DNA of 64,000 nucleotides, from assembly GCF_050920415.1 (NCBI RefSeq), contig NZ_CP169309.1; one strand, written 5' to 3'. A model generated the notes under the pieces. It made no database searches, had not been told where the DNA came from, and worked only from the letters and a program-made list of their open reading frames with translations. Numbering within the stretch: position 1 is the stretch's first letter; the number at the start of each line of letters is the position of its first letter. The translations under genes and the position numbers were made by a program. Below, piece by piece: positions 1-8,264 of the stretch. This DNA comes from Escherichia coli. GTDB lineage: Bacteria > Pseudomonadota > Gammaproteobacteria > Enterobacterales > Enterobacteriaceae.

Positions 1-287
1 GCGTCGGCCTGCGCACGCGTAAGTCGATGGCGTTCGTACTCAATAGTCCCTGGCTGGAGATCTGCCTCGCTGGCCTGCCGCAGTTCTTCAACCTCCCGGC
101 GCAGCTTTTCGTTCTCAATTTCAGCATCCCTTTCGGCATACCATTTTATAACGGCGGCAGAGTCATAAAGCACCTCATTACCCTTGCCACCGCCTCGCAG
201 AACGGGCATTCCCTGTTCCTGCCAGTTCTGAATGGTACGGATACTCGCACCGAAAATGTCAGCCAGCTGCTTTTTGTTGACTTCCAT
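1..287 (-). CDS. nu1: Terminase small subunit Nu1, N-terminal part (3' end runs off window)
   Basis: Minus-strand translation from ATG at 285-287 reads [68 protein letters not shown], recognised as the lambda Nu1 N-terminus. Confidence 0.9.
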   Translation of the reverse strand, partial: MEVNKKQLADIFGASIRTIQNWQEQGMPVLRGGGKGNEVLYDSAAVIKWYAERDAEIENEKLRREVEELRQASEADLQPGTIEYERHRLTRAQAD

Positions 288-379
288 TGTTCATTCCACG
301 GCCAAAAACAGAGAAAGGAAACGACAGAGGCCCAAAAGCTCGTTTTCAGCACCTGTCGTTTCCTTTCTTTTCAGGGGGT

Positions 380-520
380 ATTTTAAATAAAAACATTAAG
401 TTACGACGAAGAAGAACGGAAATGCCTTAAACCGGAAAATTTTCATAAATAGCGAAAACCCGCGAGGTCGCCGCCCCGTAACAGGCCGGATCGCCAGAAA
501 GGACCCTAAAATGATAATAA
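380..520. other. cos site (cosB-cosN-cosQ region), lambda type
   Basis: Complement of about 465-476 is GGGCGGCGACCT, the lambda 12-nt cohesive end, immediately upstream of Nu1; flanking sequence reads like lambda cosB. Confidence 0.8.
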
Positions 521-675
521 TTATCAATTAAATAAAAGTTATCTCAACCGACAAGTTCACCATGAAAGAGGACAAATAATGAGTTCGGTCTCAATGCATT
601 AATTGATCTGCATCAAATTTAAGTAAAAACATCTTTGGACAATACAGAACACTGCCGTGAATATGGAAAAAGACA

Positions 676-888
676 ATGTCATCGAAGAACAAAACCAGCA
701 AAACAACAACCCGTAACATCCGTTTTCCCAATCACATGATTGAGCAGATCAATATCGCCCTTGAGCATAAAGGCTCCGGCAACTTTTCGGCATGGGTTAT
801 TGAAGCCTGTCGCCGGAGGCTGGCAGCAGACATAAAATGTGCCCGTCAGTTAACTGTAACAAAGAATGATACACCGTCTGCTCTGTGA
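676..888 (+). CDS. Small ribbon-helix-helix-like protein (YlcI/DUF3950-like)
   Basis: 70-aa ORF with RNIRFPNHMIEQINIALEHK...NFSAWVIEACRRRL pattern (strand-helix-helix); sits beside Nu1 as ylcI does beside nohD in DLP12. Confidence 0.5.
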   Translation: MSSKNKTSKTTTRNIRFPNHMIEQINIALEHKGSGNFSAWVIEACRRRLAADIKCARQLTVTKNDTPSAL

Positions 889-1035
889 TAACTGTTCATA
901 TAACCATTTCTTTATATTGCTGAATTTACAAAAAGTCGCAGTTATTAGTCGTATTTATTCCGAATTGAAATCATCCGTCATATAAAATAAAAAAGAATAA
1001 CAATAATAATCTTCTACCCTTATCAGTACCTTTAC

Positions 1036-1065
1036 TGCTGTGCTCCAACACAGCAGTTTTTTTGA
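1036..1065 (+). terminator. Rho-independent terminator
   Basis: CTGCTGTG-ctccaa-CACAGCAG stem followed by T7. Confidence 0.6.
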
Positions 1066-1686
1066 TTATGCTCACATATTTTTCATCCCCACCGCACTGC
1101 ACATTATAACTGTTGCTTTTCAATTCAGGCTTTGTGCAGGTATGTCTGAATCTCCTCCGGGAGAGGTCTTCATCGTTATCAGCCCCAAAACACACCAGCG
1201 ACACTGACAAAGAGCCTGCGAGTGCAGTTGCCCCGTTTTCATTTTATGATGTATTCACCCAGTCAAATAATGAGCAAATTCAATCCATGTCAGACGGCAG
1301 AGAATCATAAAATTTAACCATCGTGCTTACATAAACAATCCGATAAAGACTTAACATACTTAAAATCGCATATTGCATAAGAATAAATAATAAGTCATCA
1401 AAAAACATCGGGCAAAACTACCGCAACTCCAGTTAAAAAGACAATATATTAATCCAGCGACCTCATTTATTATTCAGAAATGCTTAATAATAAGATATTT
1501 CCTGTTATTCCTTTATGGAGATGGGTAACTGCTCCATGCCAGTCTTGTTGAATGGCTCAAAAAATAAGAGAATAATTCATAACATATATTGTAATTCAGG
1601 CTCGGTTATTTCGAATTGAATACTTGCATTAAAATCTGATAAAAAATTCGTCATAACAACAACATTCTCTTCTGCATGTGCCATAA

Positions 1687-1716
1687 CCTGCCGTAACAAC
1701 CCGGCAGGTTTTTTTA
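1687..1716 (+). terminator. Rho-independent terminator at end of AT-rich non-coding stretch
   Basis: CCTGCCG-taacaacc-CGGCAGG stem followed by T7; no ORF of 60 aa or more upstream. Confidence 0.5.
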
Positions 1717-1922
1717 TTGAATAAATTTCCGGTTTCTTCCACCATCGCACCGGCCAGGCGACTATGAGGGGACAACGCCGCGCTCCGTTAACGCAGTAAA
1801 CCCCGGTGTGTATCGTTTTTGATTATCCCCGCACACTCGCGCAGAGGAGTCTCCCTGTCGGGCTACGGTCTCTGTTAATACGGGAATACGGCGACAATAC
1901 CGCGCATGGATAATAAGGTCGC

Positions 1923-2147
1923 TCAACACACTGGCTGTAATGCAGCCGATACCATGCGGCATTTAGCGGCATTCATCGTACACTCAACGGTTAGCTCTTC
2001 ATTCGTGGCATTCACCTGAAAGATCCGGGAGTGTAATTGCGTACATTTACCACTGAACGAACCTTCAACAAGAACACGACCACGCTGCAAAATACGGAAC
2101 AGAATTGTTCCCTGAAAAGGCTTTACGGTTACCAGTAATTTCTTCAT
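1923..2147 (-). CDS. Hypothetical small protein (possibly a remnant); not Bor
   Basis: ORF with GGAGA RBS before ATG (MKKLLVTVKPFQG...); an overlapping second-frame ORF 1762-1962 hints at disruption; weak support. Confidence 0.3.
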   Translation of the reverse strand: MKKLLVTVKPFQGTILFRILQRGRVLVEGSFSGKCTQLHSRIFQVNATNEELTVECTMNAAKCRMVSAALQPVC

Positions 2148-2170
2148 GCATTCTCCGGATAACAAAAATA

Positions 2171-2638
2171 CTAGTTAATACACTGAGTGCGGATATATTC
2201 CTGCGCCCCTTCCAGCTGCTTCTGCATCATCATCAACCGCTCTCTGAGAGTGAAATAATCCCGTTCAACTGTGTCTGCCAGTCGGGGGCCGGTTGCATTA
2301 TCCACGCCGGAGGTGCCGGTGGCTTCACGCACGGTACCGGAGCAGGTGGCGTTGATCCGCAGGCGCTTACGACCAGCGGCAACATCAGCACGCAGAGTTT
2401 CATTTTCAGCTCTCGCATCGGCTAATTCCCTCGAGTATCTGGCATCAAGTGCAGCGACATCACGCTGGCGTATCTGCATATCAGTAATTGTCGCGTTCGC
2501 CAGCTCCAGCTCTCTGACTTTTTTATCGCGCTGCGCTTTGTAGGTGATGGCGTTATCGCGGTAATGATTCAGCCCCAGACCAAGCGCACCACAGGCTACC
2601 AGCAGGACAATAATCACCACACACAGAACACGGTTCAT
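2171..2638 (-). CDS. rz: Rz inner-membrane spanin (i-spanin)
   Basis: 155 aa with N-terminal TM segment and coiled-coil body ([58 protein letters not shown]); directly downstream of endolysin. Confidence 0.85.
   Translation of the reverse strand: MNRVLCVVIIVLLVACGALGLGLNHYRDNAITYKAQRDKKVRELELANATITDMQIRQRDVAALDARYSRELADARAENETLRADVAAGRKRLRINATCSGTVREATGTSGVDNATGPRLADTVERDYFTLRERLMMMQKQLEGAQEYIRTQCIN
2233..2418 (-). CDS. rz1: Rz1 outer-membrane lipoprotein spanin (o-spanin), embedded in the +1 frame of Rz
   Basis: 61 aa [61 protein letters not shown]: lipobox then proline-rich region, like lambda Rz1. Confidence 0.85.
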   Translation of the reverse strand: MRELKMKLCVLMLPLVVSACGSTPPAPVPCVKPPAPPAWIMQPAPDWQTQLNGIISLSESG

Positions 2639-2778
2639 ATCCCCCTCACCCCATCATCCCCGACGAAGACAACATCATCCAGCCTAAGAGCAACCAGCAT
2701 TAGTGAAAATGAAATGCCGACGATTACACAGAGGATCTTCGCCAGCGTTATGAGCTTGTCTGACATGCTTAATCCTCT

Positions 2779-3039
2779 TCACGATTTCAACGCAATGACC
2801 AGTTTTGCCAGCCCATACAGCATCGGAGACACAGCAATACCGACCGCCACCCACTTAATAGCAAAAGCCAGCGCTCTGCTGATGTCATCAGTTACAGGCG
2901 CTTTCAGTTCAAGGCCGTTTTTCATAGTCAACCTCAACAGAATTCGTTTATACTTTTCCATGTTCTCCCTTGCCTTATCCAAGGTCAGAAACACAAAACC
3001 CCGCTTGCTGCCAACAAACGGGGTTTTACTTTTATTCAC
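2779..3039 (-). CDS. Small membrane protein of unknown function between endolysin and Rz (start uncertain)
   Basis: ORF with C-terminal hydrophobic segment (AFAIKWVAVGIAVSPMLYGLAKLVIALKS); position inside lysis cassette. Confidence 0.35.
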   Translation of the reverse strand: MNKSKTPFVGSKRGFVFLTLDKARENMEKYKRILLRLTMKNGLELKAPVTDDISRALAFAIKWVAVGIAVSPMLYGLAKLVIALKS

Positions 3040-3116
3040 TTAGGTTTTGCCAGTTCGCAGGATTTCGTGTTATCCGTCCGCGTTGGTCAACGTCATTTTT
3101 CAGCAAAATATTCTGC

Positions 3117-3650
3117 TTATCTGTCGATTCCCCAGCACGCCAGCGCGCTCTCCTGGTCACGACGGGATATCTGACCGTAACAGTTGTTTGAGCGGATACG
3201 GCAGTCTCTGCCACCGTCCTTAATCCACCAGCGAATCGCTTCACACGCTCCCCTGCGATCGCCTGCATTAATTCGTTTATAAAACGTCGACGGGAAACAC
3301 TTACCGGGGCCAATGTTATACGGGCAGAATGACGCGATCCCCGCTTTCTGGGGTTCAGTCAGTGGCACTTTGATGTTTTTCGCCACCCATGCCAGCGCCT
3401 TATCACGTTCAATGGCGTTAACCCGGTCGCATTTTTCCTTTGACAGCTTCATGCCAGGAATAACAGGCTTACCATCCACCCGGGTGGCTCCACGGCAGAT
3501 GGTCCAGATCCCCGCACCATCACGGTATGCCGTGGTGTGGTTACCTTCCTTTTCATCCAGAAACTGGTCGAGGATTTCAGGCGCAGGCGCACCTGCGGCA
3601 ATCAGCGCCAGAACGGCAGCCGACAGACCGTATTTGATTTTGGTGTTCAT
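3117..3650 (-). CDS. SAR endolysin (phage lysozyme R, GH24)
   Basis: 177 aa; N-terminal signal-anchor-release segment (LSAAVLALIAAGA) then lysozyme motif EGNHTTAYRDGAGIWTICRG. Confidence 0.9.
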   Translation of the reverse strand: MNTKIKYGLSAAVLALIAAGAPAPEILDQFLDEKEGNHTTAYRDGAGIWTICRGATRVDGKPVIPGMKLSKEKCDRVNAIERDKALAWVAKNIKVPLTEPQKAGIASFCPYNIGPGKCFPSTFYKRINAGDRRGACEAIRWWIKDGGRDCRIRSNNCYGQISRRDQESALACWGIDR

Positions 3651-3778
3651 GGATATTTATCAGGATTTATCGGTTCCGAATCCCTGGATATGTTAAGTCT
3701 TCAGCCTGCCAGTGGTGGGCACTGGTGTTTTACCTGATGGCTGAAATATATCTGACAATTCCCGTCGAGGATTTAGCA

Positions 3779-4093
3779 ATGTATAACGATGAACATAAAT
3801 ATACCGCCTGCATGCAGGCCATGAATGAACAATTTAAATCAGCATTCCTTAAACTCATTCAGCAAAACCACAAAGCAGTAAAATCCATTCAGGCTGAGCC
3901 GTATGGACACCTCACACCACCAACTCTCGACATTATGTCCAGAATATTAACACCAGCCATGCTTCTACGTCTGAAAGACAATATAAATGACTGGTTAAAC
4001 GAAGAATTAAACTACCTTGAATGTGAGTGGGATCATCATTACGCCAAATCACAAAAAGAACGCATCTTCCGTCGATTATCCGGCAACAGATAA
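3779..4093 (+). CDS. Hypothetical protein, opposite strand to lysis genes (insert in lysis cassette)
   Basis: 104-aa ORF from ATG with GAGGA RBS 7 nt upstream; converges on the 4103-4743 gene with a 9-nt gap. Confidence 0.45.
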   Translation: MYNDEHKYTACMQAMNEQFKSAFLKLIQQNHKAVKSIQAEPYGHLTPPTLDIMSRILTPAMLLRLKDNINDWLNEELNYLECEWDHHYAKSQKERIFRRLSGNR

Positions 4094-4102
4094 CGAGCCA
4101 GC

Positions 4103-4743
4103 TTATATACGTCCTTTAAGATAAGTCAGTCCTGGATGAAACCAGTAAGCAGGCACTTTTTTAAAGGGTGGATTATCAAAATCACGAAGAAGAGCCTCCC
4201 GCACAACTGCATCCTTGTCCGCACCACTGGCCAGCGCTTCAATCTCAGCAGCTACCTGCAGATATCCCATGCAACGACCAATGCGCTTCATTAGTCCCTG
4301 CTTTTTATTGTTCTTCAGGTAATCAATGGCAAATTCAATGAGCGCCTCACTGTGCTGGTGCGATGCTGGTGTTACTTTTCCATCTTCACGGATCGTGATA
4401 TTCCAGTCATCGCTTGTCACAATAAAAGATGGCCGATTCCCCCCCCATGCCTGGTCTTTATCCGGTGCAGACGCAATAAAATAACGTTTATTGCCTTCCT
4501 CTCCGGCACTTTTAACTGTAATGGAGTACTTTTCTGACAATGCGGTCGGTAAAAACTTTTCCTGCAAAATCTTCTCAAAGGTCCTGCGAGCAATTTTGAT
4601 GCAATCATCGTAAAACGCTGCTTCCTGCTCATCGCGGCGTTTTTTTCATCTTCAGAAACCATCAGCACCGACAGTTTTTTATTCAGTTCAGTGATTTCAT
4701 TTTCCAGGCAACTTATGCGCTGATTCATTTCTTCATGGTTCAT
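4103..4743 (-). pseudogene. Hypothetical protein gene between holin and endolysin, interrupted by a frameshift (ORFs 4417-4743 and 4103-4567)
   Basis: N-terminal ORF (MNHEEMNQRISCLENEITELNKKLSVLMVSEDEK) and C-terminal ORF (...QEKFLPTALSEKYSITVKSAGEE...) join into one plausible protein if the A/T run at 4640-4646 had one more base (EDEKKRRDEQEAAFYDDCIKIARRTFEKILQEKF). Confidence 0.5.
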
Positions 4744-4746
4744 CGT

Positions 4747-4962
4747 CTACTCTCCCCGCGCCGCCTTACGCCGGTCCTCTCTGATTTTGAAATACAGGTT
4801 AGTCAGGTACGTCAGCAGGCCAAACAGCAGACTCCCCAGCACACCTATCGCCACCCACTGGGACGGAGAGACTTTGTCCAGCAGCTGCAGTAACCAGTAT
4901 CCCGTCCCCACCGCTGACGTGGTGTATGACACACCTGTTGTGATTTTTTCCATCTGGTACAT
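4747..4962 (-). CDS. Holin (lambdoid EssD-like, dual-start motif)
   Basis: 71 aa [71 protein letters not shown]; matches remembered DLP12 EssD; Met-x-x-Met dual start. Confidence 0.85.
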   Translation of the reverse strand: MYQMEKITTGVSYTTSAVGTGYWLLQLLDKVSPSQWVAIGVLGSLLFGLLTYLTNLYFKIREDRRKAARGE

Positions 4963-5264
4963 ACCCCGTCTCCCGTTATCCGGAAACTGACAACAATAAA
5001 AAAGCCACCCGTTAATTACTGATGGCTCTGATGCATAAACGTCATCATTCCTGACCGTTATGATTGACAATGGTTATCATTTTTATATAAAAATACTCCC
5101 GATATGTGTTACATATCATTTCTCCACGGGGAATATCCCCACGCCAGCGTCAGACTCGTTTTCCCGTTCTCTTCTGTGCTGGCGTTTTTTTTATTATGAT
5201 GTCGGTACATTTATCTCCAGCACCAGGCTTTCAATCTCAACACCATACGCGGAATTTTTGGGCG

Positions 5265-5295
5265 TAAAAAATCCCCTCCGGTGAGGGGATTTGCT
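5265..5295. terminator. Hairpin terminator downstream of TerB-like operon (possibly bidirectional)
   Basis: CCCCTC-ACCG-GAGGGG stem with T/A runs on both sides. Confidence 0.5.
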
Positions 5296-5523
5296 TATGT
5301 AAACATTTACACTGCTTACCTGCATGGTGCCGGGTGCCTCCCGGTGAATTCAGTATCAGCACCTGAATCCGCAATTATCCCATATACCTACTTGCTGATT
5401 GCCCCTCCGCACAGGGGGATTCACCATGCGAAATTTTTTTAACAAATGCTCAGTCTGACAGGCAACTGTCAACTGGCTGAATTGTGAGACATTTAAAATT
5501 TTCGGGGCGTAACTGATACCCGG

Positions 5524-5688
5524 TTAACTACCTGGCATGTCCTTTTTCACCAAAGGAAAAAGCACCACCACAATACCGACCACCAGCACTCCATCCGCCA
5601 GCACCGACATGATCCTGCTGGTGAAATCCACCATCACCACCAGAAACAGCAGGAGTGCCACAGCGGCCAGACGCAGTTTTACCGTCAC
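5524..5688 (-). CDS. Small hydrophobic membrane protein (54 aa), translationally coupled to TerB-like gene
   Basis: GTG start overlapping the TerB-like TGA stop (GTGA); GGAGAA RBS; product VTVKLRLAAVALLLFLVVMVDFTSRIMSVLADGVLVVGIVVVLFPLVKKDMPGS is almost wholly hydrophobic; below the ORF-track length cut-off. Confidence 0.4.
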   Translation of the reverse strand: MTVKLRLAAVALLLFLVVMVDFTSRIMSVLADGVLVVGIVVVLFPLVKKDMPGS

Positions 5689-6116
5689 AGGTGGTTCTCC
5701 AGTCGCAGGCCAAGAACACCAGCAATCTCTTCCAGAACCTTACGCTCTTCCGGCTCAATTTCACCATCTGCTTCAGCAATGGCCACCGCCACATCCAGCA
5801 CATCTTCCGCTTCACGCGTATCGTGTTTCACATCTTCAATTTCACGCAACGCTGCACGACGACCAATTTTAAAATTGGTGTCAAGCTGACCTGTGATCGT
5901 GGCACTGATGGCATTAATTTCTGACGTAAACGTGGACAACGCTGGCTGGTTACGTAATACCTGTTCGATCTTCGCTTTCTCTGAAGTCTCACATTCACCA
6001 TCTGCATAGGCCACTAGGTAGGCAGCATTAATAACCGCCTGTGCCAGATCGCGTTTCTCAAACTTTTTAATTTCAGTTGCTGCTCTGCGGGTTTTCTTTT
6101 TGAAAATACCAAACAT
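5685..6116 (-). CDS. TerB-like (tellurite-resistance TerB domain) protein
   Basis: 143 aa with paired acidic helices typical of TerB (LAQAVINAAYLVAYADGECETSEKAKIEQVL ... VLDVAVAIAEADGEIEPEERKVLEEIAGVLGL). Confidence 0.7.
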   Translation of the reverse strand: MFGIFKKKTRRAATEIKKFEKRDLAQAVINAAYLVAYADGECETSEKAKIEQVLRNQPALSTFTSEINAISATITGQLDTNFKIGRRAALREIEDVKHDTREAEDVLDVAVAIAEADGEIEPEERKVLEEIAGVLGLRLENHL

Positions 6117-6289
6117 CGTGACTTTTCCTTTTAGTGGGTGAGCCTGCGCCCTGCGGGGACCAGCCCACAGAGAAAGTCACACTGACCATCCCGTAAGCTC
6201 CCCCCTGAAAAGCTCTGTGGTTTTTGATATACGCCGGGCGTGGCGCGGATACAAAAAAGGCCCGCAAAAGCGAGCCAGGAAAATAAGTA

Positions 6290-6366
6290 TGGCGCGTTGT
6301 ACTGGATTCGAACCAGTGACCGATTGCTTAGAAGGCAATTGCTCTGTCCGACTGAGCTAACAACGC
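6290..6366 (-). tRNA. tRNA-Arg (anticodon UCU), phage-encoded
   Basis: Minus strand GCGTTGTTAGCTCAGTCGGACAGAGCAATTGCCTTCTAAGCAATCGGTCACTGGTTCGAATCCAGTACAACGCGCCA folds as a canonical cloverleaf with anticodon loop CTTCTAA. Confidence 0.85.
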
Positions 6367-6379
6367 ATGATGCAGATAA

Positions 6380-6460
6380 TGGACCGCCATCGAGGACTCG
6401 AACCCCGCACCAACAACCCTGTTATCGTGTCGTCTGCTCTTCCTGATGAGCTAATGGCGG
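6380..6460 (-). tRNA. Atypical tRNA-like gene (acceptor, D and T arms present; anticodon arm does not fold canonically; possibly degenerate)
   Basis: Minus strand CCGCCATTAGCTCATCAGGAAGAGCAGACGACACGATAACAGGGTTGTTGGTGCGGGGTTCGAGTCCTCGATGGCGGTCCA: acceptor pairing, GCTC/GAGC D stem, GTTCGAGTC T arm and CCA end, but 27 nt between D and T stems. Confidence 0.45.
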
Positions 6461-6467
6461 TACGTTA

Positions 6468-6542
6468 TGGTGGCCCTGCTGGATTTGAACCAGCGACCTG
6501 GCGATTATGAGTCGCTCACTCTCACCACTGAGCTAAAGGGCC
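6468..6542 (-). tRNA. tRNA with CAU anticodon (resembles E. coli tRNA-Ile2, lysidine type; could be Met type)
   Basis: Minus strand GGCCCTTTAGCTCAGTGGTGAGAGTGAGCGACTCATAATCGCCAGGTCGCTGGTTCAAATCCAGCAGGGCCACCA; anticodon loop CTCATAA; acceptor stem one pair short of canonical. Confidence 0.8.
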
Positions 6543-6582
6543 GGGCGCAGGATAATAACGGTACGTAACTAATTCTGCAATA

Positions 6583-7641
6583 TCATCCGTTCTGACTGAC
6601 TAAATCCTGAACTTCCTTGACCGTCTGCTCAAAACGCTCAGTCTCCAGCTCAACGCCAATTGCACGACGTCCCAGCGCCATCGATGCTTTGACCGTCGAA
6701 CCCGACCCCATGAAAAAATCTGCAACCAGATCTCCCGGACGACTGCTTGCGCTGATTATCTGCTGCAACATTTCTGCCGGTTTTTCGCACGGATGTTTCC
6801 CGGGATAGTACTGCACCGGTTTATGCATCCACACATCGGTGTACGGCACCTGCACAGTCACACCGAAATACCGCCGCAAATTTTTATATTCTCTCAGCAG
6901 TTCCGTATACTGCCGGTTCAGTTCACTGTATGTGCTGACCAGCTGGTGGTGTGGCTGCTCCAGTTCACCGCGCTGATGTTTTTCTGCTGCAACACGCGCA
7001 AACAACGCCTGCAATTTGTTGTAATCAGCTTCGTTCGGTAACTGCCACTGACTGGTACCAAACCAGTGCGAAGCCATGTTTTTCTTTCCGGTGGCTTCCG
7101 CTATCTGTTTTGACGTTATTCCCAGTTCGGCACGAGCATCCCTGAAATACGATATCAGCGGTGCCATTATGTGCTGTTTGAGTTCCCTTTCTTTTGCCGC
7201 ATAGCCGTCACTTTTGCCGCGATATGGCCCCTGGTAATGTTCAGCAAACAGAACGCGCTCTGTGGCAGGAAAATATGCGCGCAGACTTTCTTTATTACAC
7301 CCATTCCAACGTCCGGACGGCTTCGCCCAGATGATATGGTTAAGCACGTTGAAACGTTCACGCATCATGATCTCAATATCAGATGCCAGGCGATGCCCAC
7401 AGAACAGGTAAAGGCTTCCGGCAGGTTTCAACACCCGCCAGAACTGGGCCAGACAGTGGTCCAGCCACTTAAGATAATCTTCGTCCCCTTTCCACTGATT
7501 GTCCCAACCGTTGGGTTTCACCTTGAAGTAAGGCGGATCGGTAACAATCAGGTCAATGGAATCATCAGGCAGGGACTGAATAAAATGCAGGCAATCAGCG
7601 TTGATTAAATCAACACTGTTTATTTTTACAGTATTTTTCAT
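6583..7641 (-). CDS. DNA methyltransferase (N6-adenine or N4-cytosine, DPPY motif), no adjacent restriction enzyme
   Basis: 352 aa with IVTDPPYF catalytic motif and C-terminal AdoMet motif DLVADFFMGSGST. Confidence 0.85.
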   Translation of the reverse strand: MKNTVKINSVDLINADCLHFIQSLPDDSIDLIVTDPPYFKVKPNGWDNQWKGDEDYLKWLDHCLAQFWRVLKPAGSLYLFCGHRLASDIEIMMRERFNVLNHIIWAKPSGRWNGCNKESLRAYFPATERVLFAEHYQGPYRGKSDGYAAKERELKQHIMAPLISYFRDARAELGITSKQIAEATGKKNMASHWFGTSQWQLPNEADYNKLQALFARVAAEKHQRGELEQPHHQLVSTYSELNRQYTELLREYKNLRRYFGVTVQVPYTDVWMHKPVQYYPGKHPCEKPAEMLQQIISASSRPGDLVADFFMGSGSTVKASMALGRRAIGVELETERFEQTVKEVQDLVSQNG

Positions 7642-7791
7642 GGATCAGTAAGCGTAACTCTGGTAGGCTCACTCTGCTTTTGCGCTAAAGCAGTGGGCCG
7701 TGGTTCGCTTGTGACCAGTAAGCATGAGCGAATGGCTGGCAGGTGCTACCAACACCCACCAGCCGCCCATTTTCACAGCAGGAAACCGCCA

Positions 7792-7998
7792 TTACTGGCA
7801 GCGTCTGAATTTATTCCCGTACCCGCCGTTATCCTTCGCCAGACCCGCCAGAACTAACTGAGTCAGTATTAACTGGCACCGGACTTCGCTTACTCCGGTA
7901 GTTCTCGTCATCATGCGTGGCGTTACCCACTTGTCAGCAGGTAAGAAATGAAGGACTGCGGCGGCGGTTTCTGTCATATCTTGCTGTTTTAGCATGTT
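7792..7998 (-). CDS. Hypothetical small protein
   Basis: ORF from ATG (MLKQQDMTETAAAVLHF...) with AAGGGA RBS; function unknown. Confidence 0.4.
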   Translation of the reverse strand, partial: NMLKQQDMTETAAAVLHFLPADKWVTPRMMTRTTGVSEVRCQLILTQLVLAGLAKDNGGYGNKFRRCQ

Positions 7999-8264
7999 TT
8001 TTCCCTTCTGGTTAACATGACATACCAATAACTCTTGTCTAAAAAGCCAGCAAGATAAAAAGTCAGTATTCACGACCACCAGCGTGTTTACTGTACTGCA
8101 CCAAGTTTACAGGTACAAAAAAACCGCTCAGCGGCGGGTTTAAGTTGTGTGGCGAAGTAACCACTCTTAACAGCATATTTGATTTTTTACGATTGTAAAC
8201 GGTTGATTATTCATCTCCAATAAAAATAATTGTGTAGGTATGCCCTTAACAATGGATAAGAAAC

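Noticed and set aside
1923-2165. Possible Bor lipoprotein gene next to Rz, as in lambda and DLP12
   Set aside because: The translation has no lipobox and does not resemble Bor; no plus-strand ORF in this interval either. Kept only as a low-confidence hypothetical.
2105-2543. Plus-strand ORFs of 90-106 aa
   Set aside because: Antisense to Rz/Rz1 with Ala/Ser/Arg-rich translations; spurious.
5100-6290. Shiga toxin or other known toxin cargo at the Q-tRNA-holin locus
   Set aside because: The only ORFs here are the TerB-like gene and a microprotein; nothing resembling an AB5 toxin.
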